Shown: positions 48,680 to 63,287, counted from the first letter of the stretch. The stretch is 64,000 nt of DNA from Azolla caroliniana (GCA_043228905.1 JBHGNT010000001.1:9362001-9426000), one strand, 5' to 3'. Made by a program: numbers and translations. Notes: generated by a model from the sequence alone, not told the origin.

Positions 48680-49064
48680 GATCACATGGTCGTCGGCGAC
48701 TGTACTCTGTCTCTGTCTACCAAATCTCTTGGGTGATATATTATCACATTATCTCTCTAAGTAATAACCATACGTACCATACGCGCATTTCTCATTCGAG
48801 TATGGTAAACACCCTCCAACCATACTTGTGTATTCATTCTTTATTATAAGGTAAAACTTTTTTAGGTAAAAACTGTAAAAAACAAAATACAGGTTTTTTT
48901 CTTGAAAACATGCGCATTCGTTTGAATTCGTATGAAAAAAGAATGTTTGCCAATGCATTCGAGGGTACTATGAATCAGAACTACATACATATCCCATGTG
49001 TGTGTGTGTGTGTGTGAAAGAGTGAGGTGAGGTGAGGTAAGTCTGCTTTGTTTATGTTTTGTTT

Positions 49065-49267
49065 GCAATTAGCTTACCCTAGTGGTAAGCTTGTTACGCT
49101 ATAAGCACTAAGTCTTGGGTTCGAAACCAATTTTCTCACCTCTCTATTGCATACTTCTTACATATATCTCTTAATTCACCAAATGTCACCAAATGTCAAT
49201 GTGGAATGTAGGGGTTAAACCAATGATGCTTGTCTCCATTGGGCAACTGAGCTACATCCATCTAAGC
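49065..49267 (-). mobile_element. ~200-bp repeat with two convergent tRNA-like heads (SINE/MITE-like)
   Basis: Reverse-complement homolog of 56839-57042, with A/B-box-like motifs at both ends. Confidence 0.75.
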
Positions 49268-50559
49268 CCTCTCTCCTCCTTTGGTTGGGTGCAACTTTCT
49301 GATCTATATCTACTTCAGTGATCGAATCTTGATTCGATTTTATTGCCCTTGTTTATCGGGTTGCAATTATTCACGTATTGTGTCTACCGTTCGACAATCT
49401 AACGTAACTGGCTTCCAACATTGGAGCCAGTCTTCACATTCGCACAAGGTTTCTTATTAATTGGGTTTTCACACAAATTAACAAGCATAGTCTACCTTTT
49501 TACATTAAGTAGTTAGCTTGAAAGGATATGTACGTAGTCTCATATTCTTGAACTCGATCGGAGGGTGATTCCCCGATTTATGTATAAGCCACCTTGTTTA
49601 ATCTTTCTGTAAATACTCTCTCCTAACTAATGGGAAAGTAGCATCTTTTTTGAAAAAAAAAAACAAGTGTAGTCTACAATATACCAACTTATGCTACATA
49701 GTACATGTCACATCTCCTAAGAATGGCATCAAAAGTGTAACAATTTTATCATGTCGAAATTTGAGCTCTTCTCGATAATCTTGGATATTTAGGTATAACC
49801 CAATTGCCTTACAATAAAACTAACTGATCTCTTATCATTGAGCATTTCTATAGTATACACATAGAGTGATCACTTTATCTAAAAACTTAGGGATTGCAAG
49901 GGTTCAACTATCCTCTCACTAAGCTAGCTATAAGGATCCCACGTTGAATAGGACTTTAAGTCGCCCATTCTTCATAATTACCTCATACGTACCAACTTCC
50001 TCAAGAAGTTTATATCCCCAATTAGCCTCAAGTCACAACTGGCAATATACAAAGGTTTGGGTCAACCATCTAAATGGTTACATTTGCCATTCTAAAGTCA
50101 AGACTTGAGTGATTGGAAATTGCTAACTTTTTTTGCCCATCTCTTATGGGACCTACCACGGCTTTATGTTTCTCTTTCAATAGTCACCAAGTTGGTGTTG
50201 GCCCAAATAACCAAGGCATAAGCCTTCTTGCCTAGCTTTATCTTATTGTTGTGGGGTCAAAACAAGTTTGGCTATTTTATTATTAGTTAGGTAGAGTGTG
50301 TTTACACTCCAATATGTACAACAGAAATGACATGATAGACATTCAACCACCTTAACCCCAAGTATGCGTTTATCATCCAATAGTATGTAAAATTTAAGAA
50401 AAATAGCATGTACCTTCCTGGTTGGACTGTCAAGGTGGAAATAACCTTTTTGGCATGGTGTAACACCACTTTGGCACGCCATCTATATAATCCACCAAGG
50501 GTGAATTTGACCATGATTGTTGAAAGGAAAGTCTTGCAACTTCCACCATGTGTGAAGTT

Positions 50560-50930
50560 CCTTCCAACTCTTCATATTGAGCTCATATATTCGTAATCAG
50601 ATCATACCATAGAACAATGCTTATCTCCTTTGGTCGACTTTCTTCTCCCACGAAATCTACTTTGCATCTAGATTTCCAAATGTTCCATACCGTGATAGAG
50701 GCTATGGTGGGCCAGATGTCACTTAGCCTATTCGAACACCAAATTTGCAATTCCTTGACTGGTTGTACAATGCATTTATTTCTTTGCACACAAAACGCTT
50801 TTTGCCTACCTAGGTCTTTGATATCCAAGCTTTCTTCTTCAATCTCGACCATAGTGCACAAGTTTGGACTTTTTATTAGAACGGTTGAAGAACTTTTGCT
50901 ACCTCTTGGAAAACATGATTCCTAAGAAAT
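50560..50930 (-). mobile_element. LINE ORF2 C-terminal remnant
   Basis: IWPTIASITVWNIWKSRCKVDF resembles the W.IWK.RN motif downstream of zf-RVT. Confidence 0.55.
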
Positions 50931-51439
50931 GACATTTTCACGAGTTGCTTAGACTTCTCTTGCCCCACAAAAGTCTTTCTCGAGCTAGCTCTAGTCTTCC
51001 TTTTGTCCTAAATTTGATTAAGATGTTCCTACAATGCTCTTTCTATTCTACCTTTTTGTTTTAAATTCTTAAAATTCATAATTTAAATATAAAATATGTA
51101 ACATACACGTACAATCCGTTAAATATTTCTTATAGTTGTAATGCATCTAACCAATGTTTTGTAATCAAATTAAAATTTCATTATTTTTTGGAAACGTCAA
51201 ATACATTGAATGCATAGAATACGTGAGTTTTTTTTAAATGGTTGTTCTAAAACATAAAATACTTGTTGAATACTTCAAGGTGTTGTAAAATGTGTTTTAT
51301 ACATAAAAGGCATGTTTTTAACAACTATGATAGCATCCAACAAAGTGTATAGGTTTCTTCTTCCTTGGATAGTCATAGAACTATGTGGTGATTATTGATG
51401 GAGTATTATCAAGTCACAATCTTAGTGGAAAAAGAGTTT

Positions 51440-51730
51440 AGCAATAATTTGGCACATTTAAAGGAAAGACTATTCTTATGGCGTTTTTTACTTGGGGTTT
51501 TATCATATAGTATAAATCTTCAATGAAGGCACATTGATGCAAACTTGGTTCAAAATGTGTTAAGGACTTGCTATGGGATTGTTGCAACACTAAGAATTTG
51601 TTTCCTAAAAAGGTCACGACAAGATGCCATCAATGCAAACTTGGTTCAAGATGTGTTAAGCACTTGCTATGGAATTGTTGCAACACTAAGCATTTCTTGC
51701 CCAAAGGTCGGGTTAAGTTAATGCCTCTCT
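51440..51730 (+). mobile_element. LINE zf-RVT remnant with a local ~96-bp duplication
   Basis: CHQCKLGSRCVKHLLWNC; ATGCAAACTTGGTTCAA...TTGTTGCAACACTAAG occurs twice. Confidence 0.55.
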
Positions 51731-52808
51731 TGTGGTTCCCAATATTCCATTTTGATAAGTAATTCTAGATAGTTGGTCTTATTCCAACAGCCTCACAATA
51801 CATCCAATTCCTAAATTAGGTACGATTTATGATATTATGGACTGTATGGATATATTACACAACCTTACATCAACCATTTTTCATGAATTCAGATTCTTTA
51901 AGCACCCTATTTGACAATCACTGTATGATTTTCTCCGATTGCATGATATTTCTATTGACAATTTTCAAATTCTCTTTCACAATTTTGTTCATTAATATTT
52001 ATCTGTGAGTTTTCACATTGTCTTGAGGTTTCCCACTAGTAATATAAAGCGTTACTAAAAAAACATTATTAATTTCATTGTGCTTAATCTTTTCTATAAC
52101 AAGGTAGTCTAATAGAGAGTTAATATTGAGCATTAGTCACTACAATGAAATTTTATCTTGCAAATCAGAAAAAGCCAACCATGATCAGGAAAAATACACA
52201 CTTTTAGCTTATCTTGATCAAAACCTTGCCTTTGTGGATTAATGTTCACCACAAGAATTAATAAGTTTGCCTTACATTAGCTTGCTAAATGGAACTCTTC
52301 CATAGTTTTATATATTTCAGTTGCAAAATTTTAGCAACATGTGAATCAATTAGTTGTGATGGAGGCTAAAGTTTTTTCTATGATGTGTAAAGGCAATCAT
52401 TCTCACATTGTGCATTAGCATTTAATGTGTTGTGTTTTTTTCTCAACCATGTTCTTTTCTTACACAATTTTCCATGGACTTTGGCTGACATGAGCCTTGG
52501 CATAATTTTCTTTGTTGGTCAAATATCACATCCATTTGCATATTATGTTGCATCCTTTTTGCGCCTTTCTCAATGGATGAAATGAAGGACATTCAATGAT
52601 TGTAACCAACTTTTGTTTTGGTAGGATACACAATAAAACCCATTGGTAAGACTATCCTCATCTTTGAAAGTTTTTCTCAATAGAGATATTACTTCATTTA
52701 TATTTTGTTAGGGTTTTCTCATTGTTGTGTTTCGTGTGTAAACTTATATCGCTCTCTTATTAGTATACCAAAAACAATTAACAGGAGTATACAAAAACTC
52801 CCCTCACT

Positions 52809-53333
52809 TAGGGATCAGCAACGGCTCGACTCAAGCCTAAACCATTGAGCTAAATTGATTTAAAAACGGCTTACTGGCTCGGCTCGGCTCAGGCTTGAGC
52901 TTGACTAAACTGTTTGAGCTCAGTTCGGCTTGGCTCGAGCCTTGTCAAACCGGCTCAAACTGGTTAAGCTGTTTATGTGGTTTATTAGTTAGGTTAAAGA
53001 AAAACTTCAAAAGTTAGAAACTTGAGAGAGAGAGAGAGAGAGACTACATAGATGAGGGGATAATATAATTAATACAATTAATATAATTGTGTGCTTTTAC
53101 CAAAAGAGAGAGAGAGAGAGAGAGACTACACAAACGAAGAGAGAGAGAGAGAGGGAGGGAGCTTGTATACTACATAGTGTATAGTGAGAGAGAGAGAGGG
53201 GGGGGGGGGGGGGGGGAGGTTTCCAAACCGGTTTGGTTTAGGTTTGAGAACCTGAAAACGGTTTTGGCTTAACCGGTTTGGCTTGGATAAGGCCAAACCG
53301 GTTAAGCCTAAACCGAACCATTGCCAATCCCTA
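52809..53333. mobile_element. hAT-type MITE
   Basis: TIRs TAGGGATCAGCAACGG / CCATTGCCAATCCCTA; degenerate 8-bp TSD CCCTCACT/CCCACACC; GGCTC/AACCG subterminal repeats; internal (AG)n and G-run. Confidence 0.8.
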
Positions 53334-53642
53334 CCCACACCTATTGATAATAAACATAAACATAATTATGGATGTTTTATAGATTATTTTGATACCATAA
53401 GCATGGCTTCCAACTAGAGAATGCCCTCTTCCAATCTTAACGCTTTTGGGTTTAAGACGATGTTTGCCACAATCCGAGGACTAGGTGTTATGCGTTCCAA
53501 ACCATGCGATACTAAAAATAAAGAGCAACCACAAAGATACAATTGTATTTAGTTTAGAGCCCTTTTGTTTATCCTTGATGTGAACACAAGTTTGTATTAC
53601 TTTCCAATTGACAATCTTGTTACAATTGCGTAATCGAATACA

Positions 53643-53833
53643 TTGTTCAAAAACCATGTGCCTTGATCTAATAGACAATCTCTAGTGGACCTAGCATGGG
53701 TCATGATTTGCTTGTATAAAACTTTGCCCAATTCAAATTTGTTCAAAAACCATGTGCCTTGATCTAATAGAAAATCTCTAGTGGACCTAGTATGGGTCAT
53801 GATTTGCTTGTATAAAATTTTGCCCAATTCAAA
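53643..53833. repeat. 96-bp tandem duplication (2 copies)
   Basis: TTGTTCAAAAACCATGTGCC...TGCCCAATTCAAA occurs twice, nearly identical. Confidence 0.9.
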
Positions 53834-55767
53834 ATTGTATTATCATTAAGAACTTTTGTCTACATCGATTTTTTATAAGGATATATTAATGCTAAACAAA
53901 ACACATGTATTATAGGATAATATAAAGGATTGATTATATCTAACTCCATGATTTGATGATGATGATGTCCTTTGGTGGTCGGTCGAGCCAATGCTTTGCA
54001 AGAAAATTAATCTAATGAATCCGCTTTGAACATGTCGGTGATAAAAGGTGAGCTACAGTGGACTAATTGTTTGATCCTCCCCAAAATTTGGCTCAATGAA
54101 GAGATGTCCTCATAAAGTTCCACAAGGTGTGTCTCATAGGCAAATTTCTTGAATGTAATGGGTCCAAAGCAATGTTTATAGTATGCAAAATCTTCTAATT
54201 ATTTTAATTTATTGTGAGGATAAGTTCTGATGTGAAACCTTCATAAGCATTGGACAATTGGCATATGTCAAGGACAAAATATGGAAGTTGTCATTCAATT
54301 GGTCATTCAATGAATGATACAACATTGTTTGAACATGTGTGCATGAAAGTTCAGGAACTCAAATTCCATATTAAAGAAATCTCTAATATATTTCATAGAG
54401 ATTTCAAAAAATCTCTTGATTGAGTAGAGATTGAAGGTACCGAAGAGATGATAGAGAAACACATATGTATTACCTTTGTTTTAGGGGATGGAGTCCAAAT
54501 GGCTTCTTTTGTTGGTCAATTTCAAACTCTGAGGAATTTATAGAAGCAATCACTTTTAGAAACTTATTGCACACTTGCATGCTTTTGAGGGTTGAAGGGC
54601 ATACAAAGAATTGAATTTGCTACATCAAAGTTGTTATTCCATTTTTTTAAAATGTGGAACATAGTATGTGGAGATTGCAAAACTTATGTAGCTTAAGGAG
54701 AATTGGACAATAGTGAAAATATTATGGAGAAACACTGGCAACACATATTAAATTGCCTTTGATTGAGGGGGTAGAGTCCAAAAAACATCTTTTGATTGAT
54801 TTTGACCTCATTCAAGTAACTATTGCGTGGAATTTCAAAGGAGCAATAATTTATTGCAAACTTACTTGCTTTTGAAGGGCTGAAGAAGAGCACATAAATA
54901 TTGAAATTCGCCTCATTCACATGATTGTTAATCATTGATATTCATGAACATCCACATTCTTAAAATATTTTACGCTTGTAGAAAGGACAAAGGCACTAGA
55001 GCGTGCAATGTTTTTCGTTGGGTATATTGCCCCCTCTTGCATTTAATATCCACATAATAATATCAACATTGAATCATTTGTATCTTTTTTGGTTCTCTAT
55101 TATGCAGTTATTTCAATCATTCACTAATTTATTTCCTCTCCATCTTCTTAGAATACCAAGTCTTGATTATAAATGCAAAATGTCTAGATGACGTGCAAAC
55201 TTATAAAGCGAGTGCTAATATATAACATTCAATTAATATTTGCAAGTTCTCAAGTGGGTTTTCTGTTGAGTAGTCTCAAATAATTATCCACGGTCTATGC
55301 TTGCTTTTCATATATGGTGGGTCAACGTGGACCGATGTTGAGCACGATTATGTTATGCAATTGTTTCGGGATTGTGGCTATTAAATTGTATTGAGTCAAT
55401 GTGTTGAAATGTAATTTGATCAACGAGTTGTAATGAACTTATCAATAGGAGTTGGTAGCATAAATGAAGTTTGGTAAGGGGTGGACCTTACCATATGGAC
55501 CAAAGTGGACTTGCAAATTGGTTGATGCTATATATACATATATATTCATGATCTCCATAGAAATGATATCTTAATCCTATCCTCCATATCTTTCTTCTCC
55601 ATATGTTTGCTTAGTGGTATACATATTTTGGCTAAATGGTTTACACGATAGCTTCAAAGCCATAATTTTGAGAGACCTCAAGTTCAATAGCTGCCATAGC
55701 TCACCCTCAGACATAGATCATACCAATCTATTTATCTATTTTTCTTGTGTTAGTGAGAGTGATAGAC

Positions 55768-56264
55768 ATGACCTTGCGACTATTTAGCTTCGTCTTTTTC
55801 TTTTGGATCTTGTTCTTCATTGAATATGCCTTCTCTTTAAGCTCTAGTAGCACCCTATGTTCCTCGATTGTTCGCCCTCTCGGATATCCTTGCATCGATT
55901 ATACGGTAAATATGTTTGAATTTCCTCCATTGGATATATCCTCCGCCTCCTCTTCTTCTTCTCATGTTTTTGCTAGAGTTAACTTAATTGCTATGGAAAT
56001 CCATGGAAAATGTGTATGGTATCATTTTATTCATGTTTTGATTTTTGTGGCATCAATCTAGTGCCATTTCACTATTGGCATGAAATTATTAATGTGCTTG
56101 CGTGTTTGTGGAGGTCTTTGGCATGTCAATAATAAGATTCATGGAAATGCAAGAATATTAACAACAATGAGAATTTTAATGCATTTGGAGATTGAGAGAC
56201 CTTAACAAATTGTATCGGTTGGTTGGGAAGGTTGTCCATTAGAGGCCACAAGAATTACTAAAGG

Positions 56265-56302
<38 letters not shown>

Positions 56303-59300
56303 ATCTTAGAGGGTTTACCTTGCCATATTGCATAGTGAAGTAGTTGAGATAGCAAAAGTTTTGTATTGTCATGTTGATTTAATACAGACATAAGGTTTGA
56401 GAGAGAGAGAGAGAGAGAGAGAGATTCTACTATTGTCTTCAAAAGTCAAATTATGATCTATGAGACAAAAAATATTACAATTCATGTAATATAAAGTGAG
56501 TAGCAACTCTCAATGTCCAAGACCTTAAACAATGAATGTTGCAATCGAAAGTGCACATTGTGATCGTGAGAAATTCGTTCAAGGATTGGGTTTCGTCAAT
56601 GATCTGTGGAAAGCATAGTTGAATATGATCAAAGGTAACATATTATATCAAAGTGTGATACTGAAGACTCTCGAACGTTTTTCTAGCAAAGTGTGCATAA
56701 TCGACCATTATCATCACTTGTGCCCCAACACCCCCTCTCACATCGCAATGTGTGTGATCGAAGTTGCATGGAAGCAATGGTTCGGATGGCAAACAATGGG
56801 ATGGGTTCTAACATGTATCGAGAGAGAGAGAGAGAGATGCCCAAATGGATGTAGCTCAGTTGGTAAGGTTGCCCAATGGAGATAAGGTGGTCATGGGTTC
56901 AACCCCTACATTCCACAGTGGCATCTAGTGAATTATGAGATGTATAAGAAGTATATAATAGAGAGGTGAGGAAGTTGGGTTTCAAACTCACAACACAGTG
57001 CTTGTAGTGCTAACAACTTACCAATAGGGTAAGGTAATTACGATAAAGAGAGAGAGAGAGAGAGAGCTTTCTACACAAGGTTCTTTGAAAAAGACAAGAA
57101 GGTGGTATGGTCTTGTATTGTCGAAACTAGCAAAGCCCAAAGCATGGGTTTAACAAAAAAAAAGGTGGCTTACCATAATTACTTAGAGAGGTTCAAACCT
57201 ACACGTTAACAAAAACATGGCCTACCATTACAAAAGAACCAATTAGTGAGTGCTTAAAGGTGAACAGTTCTCTTGATTGTTGTTATGTAGAATGGAGTCA
57301 TGGACAAAGAGAAGTACCTTTTTTTATGCTTTCCAAAGTGTAGGTGGTACAAAAACATTAAAAATCAAAATATATTCTCTATTCCTTAAAAGCACAATTG
57401 GATTTTTTAAAACTAAAAAGAAGAGATGAGCTTCATAAATGTCCCTCATATGAAGAAAAAATTACATAAGTTCATCATTGTTAGAAATTAACAACTACTT
57501 TGACATCATACATACATACATGTCGGTTATTTTTTAGATTCTTGTCGTGGGTATATTCTTTACCTTTTTTTTCCAAAAAATAAAAAAAATAAAAAAATTC
57601 TTTACTTTTAGTGAAAAGTTTAGAAATTTGCACAAATATTTTGTGTATTGAAAATGCGTGAATGATTGCATATTGAAAATTCATATCTACCAAAGAATCT
57701 TCTCATACTATCGACGAAAACTATATTAGAAGATAATGACCTCACATGTCCACATGTAATGAATGGTTTACCTAATATATATATATATATATATATATTG
57801 GTCACATGCCCTCACAATGTTCATAGTTAAGGACTAATATCTCATAGGAAATAATTTGTAGTATATGTTGGGGCACATTCTCTATCTAACTAAGGTTATA
57901 TGCTCAAATGCCTATGTAAATGGGTTTGAGGGCTTGTGTTCACAAATGATATGGAAATGAATATTTGGAAATTTAAGGTCATGCACCCTAAATAACATTA
58001 TGGTCCTTAAATATGGATAAATTTGCTTGTTCAAGTTGGGGATAATAATCATTTGATAGCAATAGAATTAAAACGCAAATAACAACAATTCATGGTTCAA
58101 TTATATCAATGCTATGATGATGTTTTCCATGATAATCTTAGTAAATGCTTGCATCACCTAATTACGTTGAATGAAAGAAATGGCACATAGCTTAAAACAA
58201 TACAACCTATGTACTTATTTTGCTTTGGTTGAATTCTTTGATGTCATGAATTCAAATTTTTTAATGTTTGTGGATCATTGTATTGGTCGTGTACACACAG
58301 ACCATCACAGATGATGGATTTATTCTTGGAGTTCAAAGAATCCCACATGATCGACAAAATCGAACCATGAAGCTTCCAAGACCACCTGTATTTTTACAAC
58401 ATGGTCTATTTTTGGTTAGTTGAGTGGTGGCATGTAGTCAAAGCATGAAACAATTTCCACTATGCACATCAATTGATTATCAATTTTTAATTTCCTGCAT
58501 TTTTTTGTAGAGTGGAGAATCATGGTTCTTGGACACACCTGAACAATCCTTAGGCTTTGTGCTTTCGGACGCAGGTTTTGATGTGTGGATTGGTAATTCC
58601 CGAGGAACACAAAGTAGTGAAAAGCATGTGTCCTTTCCAACGAACTCAAAGGTTCTCGCCGTCTAAATCATACATTTATATTAATTGCATTTAAAAACCA
58701 CCATTACAACCATTTAACCCTATCTCTTAAGGTAGAGGTACATTCTCTCTAAAAACTTGAATATGCACATGAGAAACATGCTCCAGTACAAAAAGTGCCA
58801 CATAAGAATACCTTTCGACTTCCTAATATATGTTTTTATGCTCCAGTCGTGTAGCTCTCTCTCAATCACTCTTACATGCATTCATGTCTATGAATTTTAC
58901 TTTTGTATGGTTGATTATGAATTTATTTTTTGATCTTAACTTGCAGGAATTTTGGGATTGGAGTTGGGATGAAATGGCATCTAATGATCTACCTTCTATG
59001 ATAGAACTAGTTTACAAAATAACAAGAACTCAAATCTATTACATCGGTCATTCTCAGGTGCCATTGTTTTTTCTCATGAACTCAAGTGTATGAGAGAGAT
59101 GTAAAATAGTGTCTAATAAAAACGAAATGCAATCTTGCACAAAAAAGAATATTGCAATTTAATCTTTACGGATGTTAATTTACACTCAATACATGCCACA
59201 AATTAATATGATAATTGGCCACACTATTTTGTAATTTTCTTATATGTTGTTGTATTCCTAGGGAACTTTAATTGCGCTTGCAGCTTTTAGTGAGGGAAGG

Positions 59301-61403
59301 GTGGTGAATAGGATTGCGGCAGCGACCTTTTTAAGTCCTATAGCATATCTTTCTAGAGCAACGTCCCCACTTCTACAAATATTGAGTGCCGTAAATGTAG
59401 ACAAAGTAAGTCAACTCATTTTATCCATTGTGAAACCATATTCATAAAGTTAATTAGGAATAGCTAGGAATGTGATGAAATGTCCCTCTCTTTTTATATA
59501 TGCTTTTGCAAAGATATATAATTATCACATAGGTCCAATATAGAATGCATTGATTACAGCACCCATCATTCATTCATGATCACGTTTCTTGTCTCTTGAT
59601 GGGAATAGTAGTCACTTTTGTATTTCATGCATAAGACTTTAAAGATGCTTGAACACATTGGTTCTTTTGTGATATTTTTGTCTACCTTCTTCACAATATA
59701 AAGCTTTTAATCCATACACATGCAGATTTTGGAAGGCCTACACATCAACGAGATCGATCTTAGAAGGTGAAACATATTTCATTCTCTCATTTTTTGCTAT
59801 TAGACATTATATAAAATGAATGAAATAAATTAAAGATTTTACCTTGTAAATGAATGAATTGCGAAATATAACAAGATGTGGAGTGTGTGTGTGTATTTTA
59901 TGAGCACATGTCACATGTGCACACACACACGCGCGCACACACATACACACTTATGGTTAAAGATAATTTAATAAGCAAAAACTCTAATTCACACATTTAG
60001 GCTATGCATTTCTAATGGCATCTAAAAAACATGGGTATTGTGAATATTTGAAACATTGCATGGGTTAGTTAAAACATGACTGATCAACCTGGATGTGAGA
60101 GAGAGCGAGTGAGAGAGAGCTTGAAATTTTATGTAGTCATGTATTGTGTATAATATCATGATCGTCTAATCAGTGTGAACTAGGTATTGTAACATTAGAT
60201 TAAACATAGTAAAACTAGGTTTGACAATGCCTACAAAAGAGGGCATGTAAACAAATGACAAAAGAATTTGGTAACACATCTTCTTTCATTGTTAGTCCTC
60301 ACTCTCACTATCTCCTACTTTCATTTCCCTTCCAGAAGACACTCACAATTATAATGTTGTGTAGGGTTTCTCTCCACATGCCACTTTACTTAGAAATGGA
60401 AACAAGTAAATCAAACAAGAATAATTTGTTAGATTGAATTAATGGAGATTTAGGTGATGTATATAAGCGCAATGCTTTCAGAGTGCTATAAAATGCTAGA
60501 ATTTCTTGTTTATGTATATAATTCAATATGTTTGGATATTCTCAAATATAATTTAGAATTGCTAGTCAGAAAGTACTTGAAATTTATGTGCACAAGTAAC
60601 TCAATGCCTAATATATTTGAAAAGGAGAATAATCATACAGTTTTTTTAACAGAAAACCCATTCTACAACTTTTCAATCATGTTTGCTCAAGTTCTTCGAA
60701 GGTTATATGCAATGGATTCATAAACTCAATTGGAGGTTAGTAGAGATACATATATGAATGCATAACTTTTATAGCCAATGGAAATAAACTAGATGAAAAG
60801 TGAAAACGTTTTAAATTGGCAGGAGAAAATTGTTGTTTAAATCTTTCAAGGGAACCAGACTATATCAAGTATATACCACAATCAACAAGCTCAAAGAATT
60901 TTCAACATTATTTTCAAAGTAAGATCTCAAAACATTTTTCTTAATCTAAAAAACTTCAGAAAAATATCTTTCCATTGAACATTTGGTATCCTCACCACAT
61001 AAGCTTAGATATACATTGCCATGCTTGTATGCATGAATCTTTCTTCACACATTACAAGAAGTGAACATATTGTACAAATTCTTTTGTAGTGCAAAGACAA
61101 GGAACATTTAGCAAATTTGACTATGGTGTCTTAAGGAATATAGAGGTGTATGGTAGTGAAATCGCACCGCCATATGACGTTTCCACCATTCCAAAAGACT
61201 TTCACATGTTTCTCATATATGGAGGAAGGGATGCTTTGTCTGACCCAAATGATGTTCAACAATTGCTTCCGATGTTACGTTGCAATTTGGAGATATCATA
61301 TCTTGCATCTTATTCTCACTTGGACTTTATTCTTGGTACAACAGCAAATGTTGATGTATATAACCAATTGATTACCTTTTTCACTTCAAAGAAACATCCA
61401 TAA
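55768..61403 (+). CDS. Secreted triacylglycerol lipase (LIP1-like acid lipase family), 9 exons, ~393 aa
   Basis: Exons 55768-55905, 58301-58414, 58511-58651, 58947-59057, 59262-59405, 59726-59766, 60653-60735, 60823-60918, 61090-61403; GT-AG and phase-consistent (1182 nt). Signal peptide; [40 protein letters not shown]; catalytic GHSQG, ALSD, YSHLDF. Confidence 0.94.
56839..57042 (+). mobile_element. Full copy of the dual tRNA-headed repeat inserted in (AG)n within lipase intron 1
   Basis: GGATGTAGCTCAGTTGG...GGGTTCAACCCCTACATTCCA head; a second head on the opposite strand; (AG)n on both flanks. Confidence 0.8.
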
Positions 61404-62454
61404 GATCAAAAGTAAGGGCATTAAGTAAAAATAAATTGTAATATGACCCATATAATGTAAAAAGATGGGGACAATAATTAAATTCATAGAAGAAAAGCAA
61501 CACTAATTTATCCATTTGATTTTTATGAGGAATTAAATTTTGAGCATGTTTTGTAAAAAACCAAAAAAGAATATACTCCATTAATTAAAATGTCATTCAG
61601 TACACAACTTTAGTCCCTTTGTCGGGTAGTCATTACCTACTTCCATATGGGCGACATCACTTATTTATCTTACACTCAATAGCCCACATGTTTGTTCTCT
61701 ATGTATCTCATGTCATTCACACCCCTCTTTCATCTAATGGGAGGGGGGAACAACTATCTAGGTACTACGTATTGCCAACGTATATCCATTCCAGTTTTTG
61801 TAGCCATCGGTGTAGTACACCATCGTTTTTTGAAATTCAGCCTCATTAGTTTTGAAGCATCATCTGTTCCATCAATCTGCTCATATTGTGCCCTCAATGT
61901 AGTTATTAATGTGTGCCATATTAGCTTAATAGATTCTGATGGAGGCCGTTTGTTTTTTACTCTCTAGAATGTCAAATTAAGAATTGATATGATAAGTGTG
62001 CCAAAGTGACCGAATTGTGTAATTTTGATTAGAAGTCGTCTTACAAAATTGAAAGTAATATAAATTTTTTGCAATGCAATGAATTGAAGTGACGAAAGGA
62101 GAAAAATAGAAAGGAGCTTAAAACTCTAGTTTGTATGTCATATGGGCATCTGGCATATGTGCTCTAGGGAATTTACACTTACACATTTGTTGAACTTAAA
62201 TTATCAAAATGGATATAGTTTAAGAGGGCATAATATGGCCTAAACACTGATATTTTGAGTCTTGGAAATCCCATTGTTGAAGTTAACACATTAAAGCAAA
62301 TAAAACATTTGAGTTACTCGATGGATAATGGACACATGATGCCATATGGAAATCTTTATCATAATCAACAATAAACTCACATACTTTCTAAATAATAAAG
62401 ACCCTCAAGCTTAAGTACAACCTTGTGCTATCAAGAAATCCTCTAATGATAGTA

Positions 62455-63277
62455 TGACGAGAACTTGTACGTTCCTTATGCGCTAAACTCGGCCACAACC
62501 GAGATTCTTTTCATACACAGAAAACAGGTAATGAGACGCGACACAAAGGAGAGGAGGATACACACACACTACACAGGAGGTTTACGTGGAAAACCCCAAA
62601 CTAGGGGGAAAAACCACGGCAGCCCACAGGCTGCAAACTGTCACTATGTATGAATGTACAAAACAGTGAGTTCACGGAGGCAACGACCTCGGACTCACTC
62701 TCTTCGCCACAGGTAGCGGTTACAACAGAGGCAACGACCTCTTTCTCTCTCTCTCTCTCTCTCTGTACACTGTTACGTGCTCTCTCTTCTTCTTGCACCA
62801 ACAAGAAAATGACAACAACTACTCTAAGAGTTTGCCCTAAGTCATATTTATACTAATATGACTTTTCGGCTATTTACAAATGTAGCCTCAATGGGCTCTC
62901 AGAAACATATTTACGAATATGTCTCTTCCTCCGGTTCATACCGGTTCTGCACCATCCGGCTCTCCGTAGCCGGGTACTCCTCATCCGGTTCACACCAGGC
63001 CTGCACCATCCGGCTCTCCATAACCGGTACTACTCATCCGGTTCACACCGAGCCTGTATCATCCGGCTCTCCGTAGCCGGGTACTCCTCATCCGGTTCAT
63101 ACCGGGCCTGTATCATCTGGCTCTCCGTAGCCGGGTACTCCTCATCCGGTTCACACCGGGCCTGTATCATCCGGCTCTCTGTAGCCGGGTACTCCTCATA
63201 CTGTTTCGGCCTCGGCTGAGTTTGTTCGTCGGCATTGTTCTTCTCCCTTCCCATCCGGAGGGACCTGTCTCCCAACA
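62455..63277 (-). repeat. 3' LTR of a third Copia (left boundary 62455 or 62466)
   Basis: Ends TCCCAACA next to the PPT (63278-63292). Shares TTTACGTGGAAA...AAAACCACGG and GGCTATTTACAAATGTAGCC with the LTRs of the older Copia. Confidence 0.8.
62927..63199. repeat. 54-bp tandem repeat (about 5 copies) in the LTR U3
   Basis: Unit CCGGTTCACACCGGGCCTGTATCATCCGGCTCTCCGTAGCCGGGTACTCCTCAT. Confidence 0.92.
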
Positions 63278-63287
63278 AACTTCCCCT

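Noticed and set aside
56839-56915. Second functional tRNA gene
   Set aside because: The anticodon arm does not fold and the sequence is part of a dispersed repeat; it is tRNA-derived only.
63030-63278. 82-aa ORF with EEYPATESRMIQARCEPD repeats
   Set aside because: Translation of the 54-bp LTR tandem repeat, starting at the LTR edge without an ATG.
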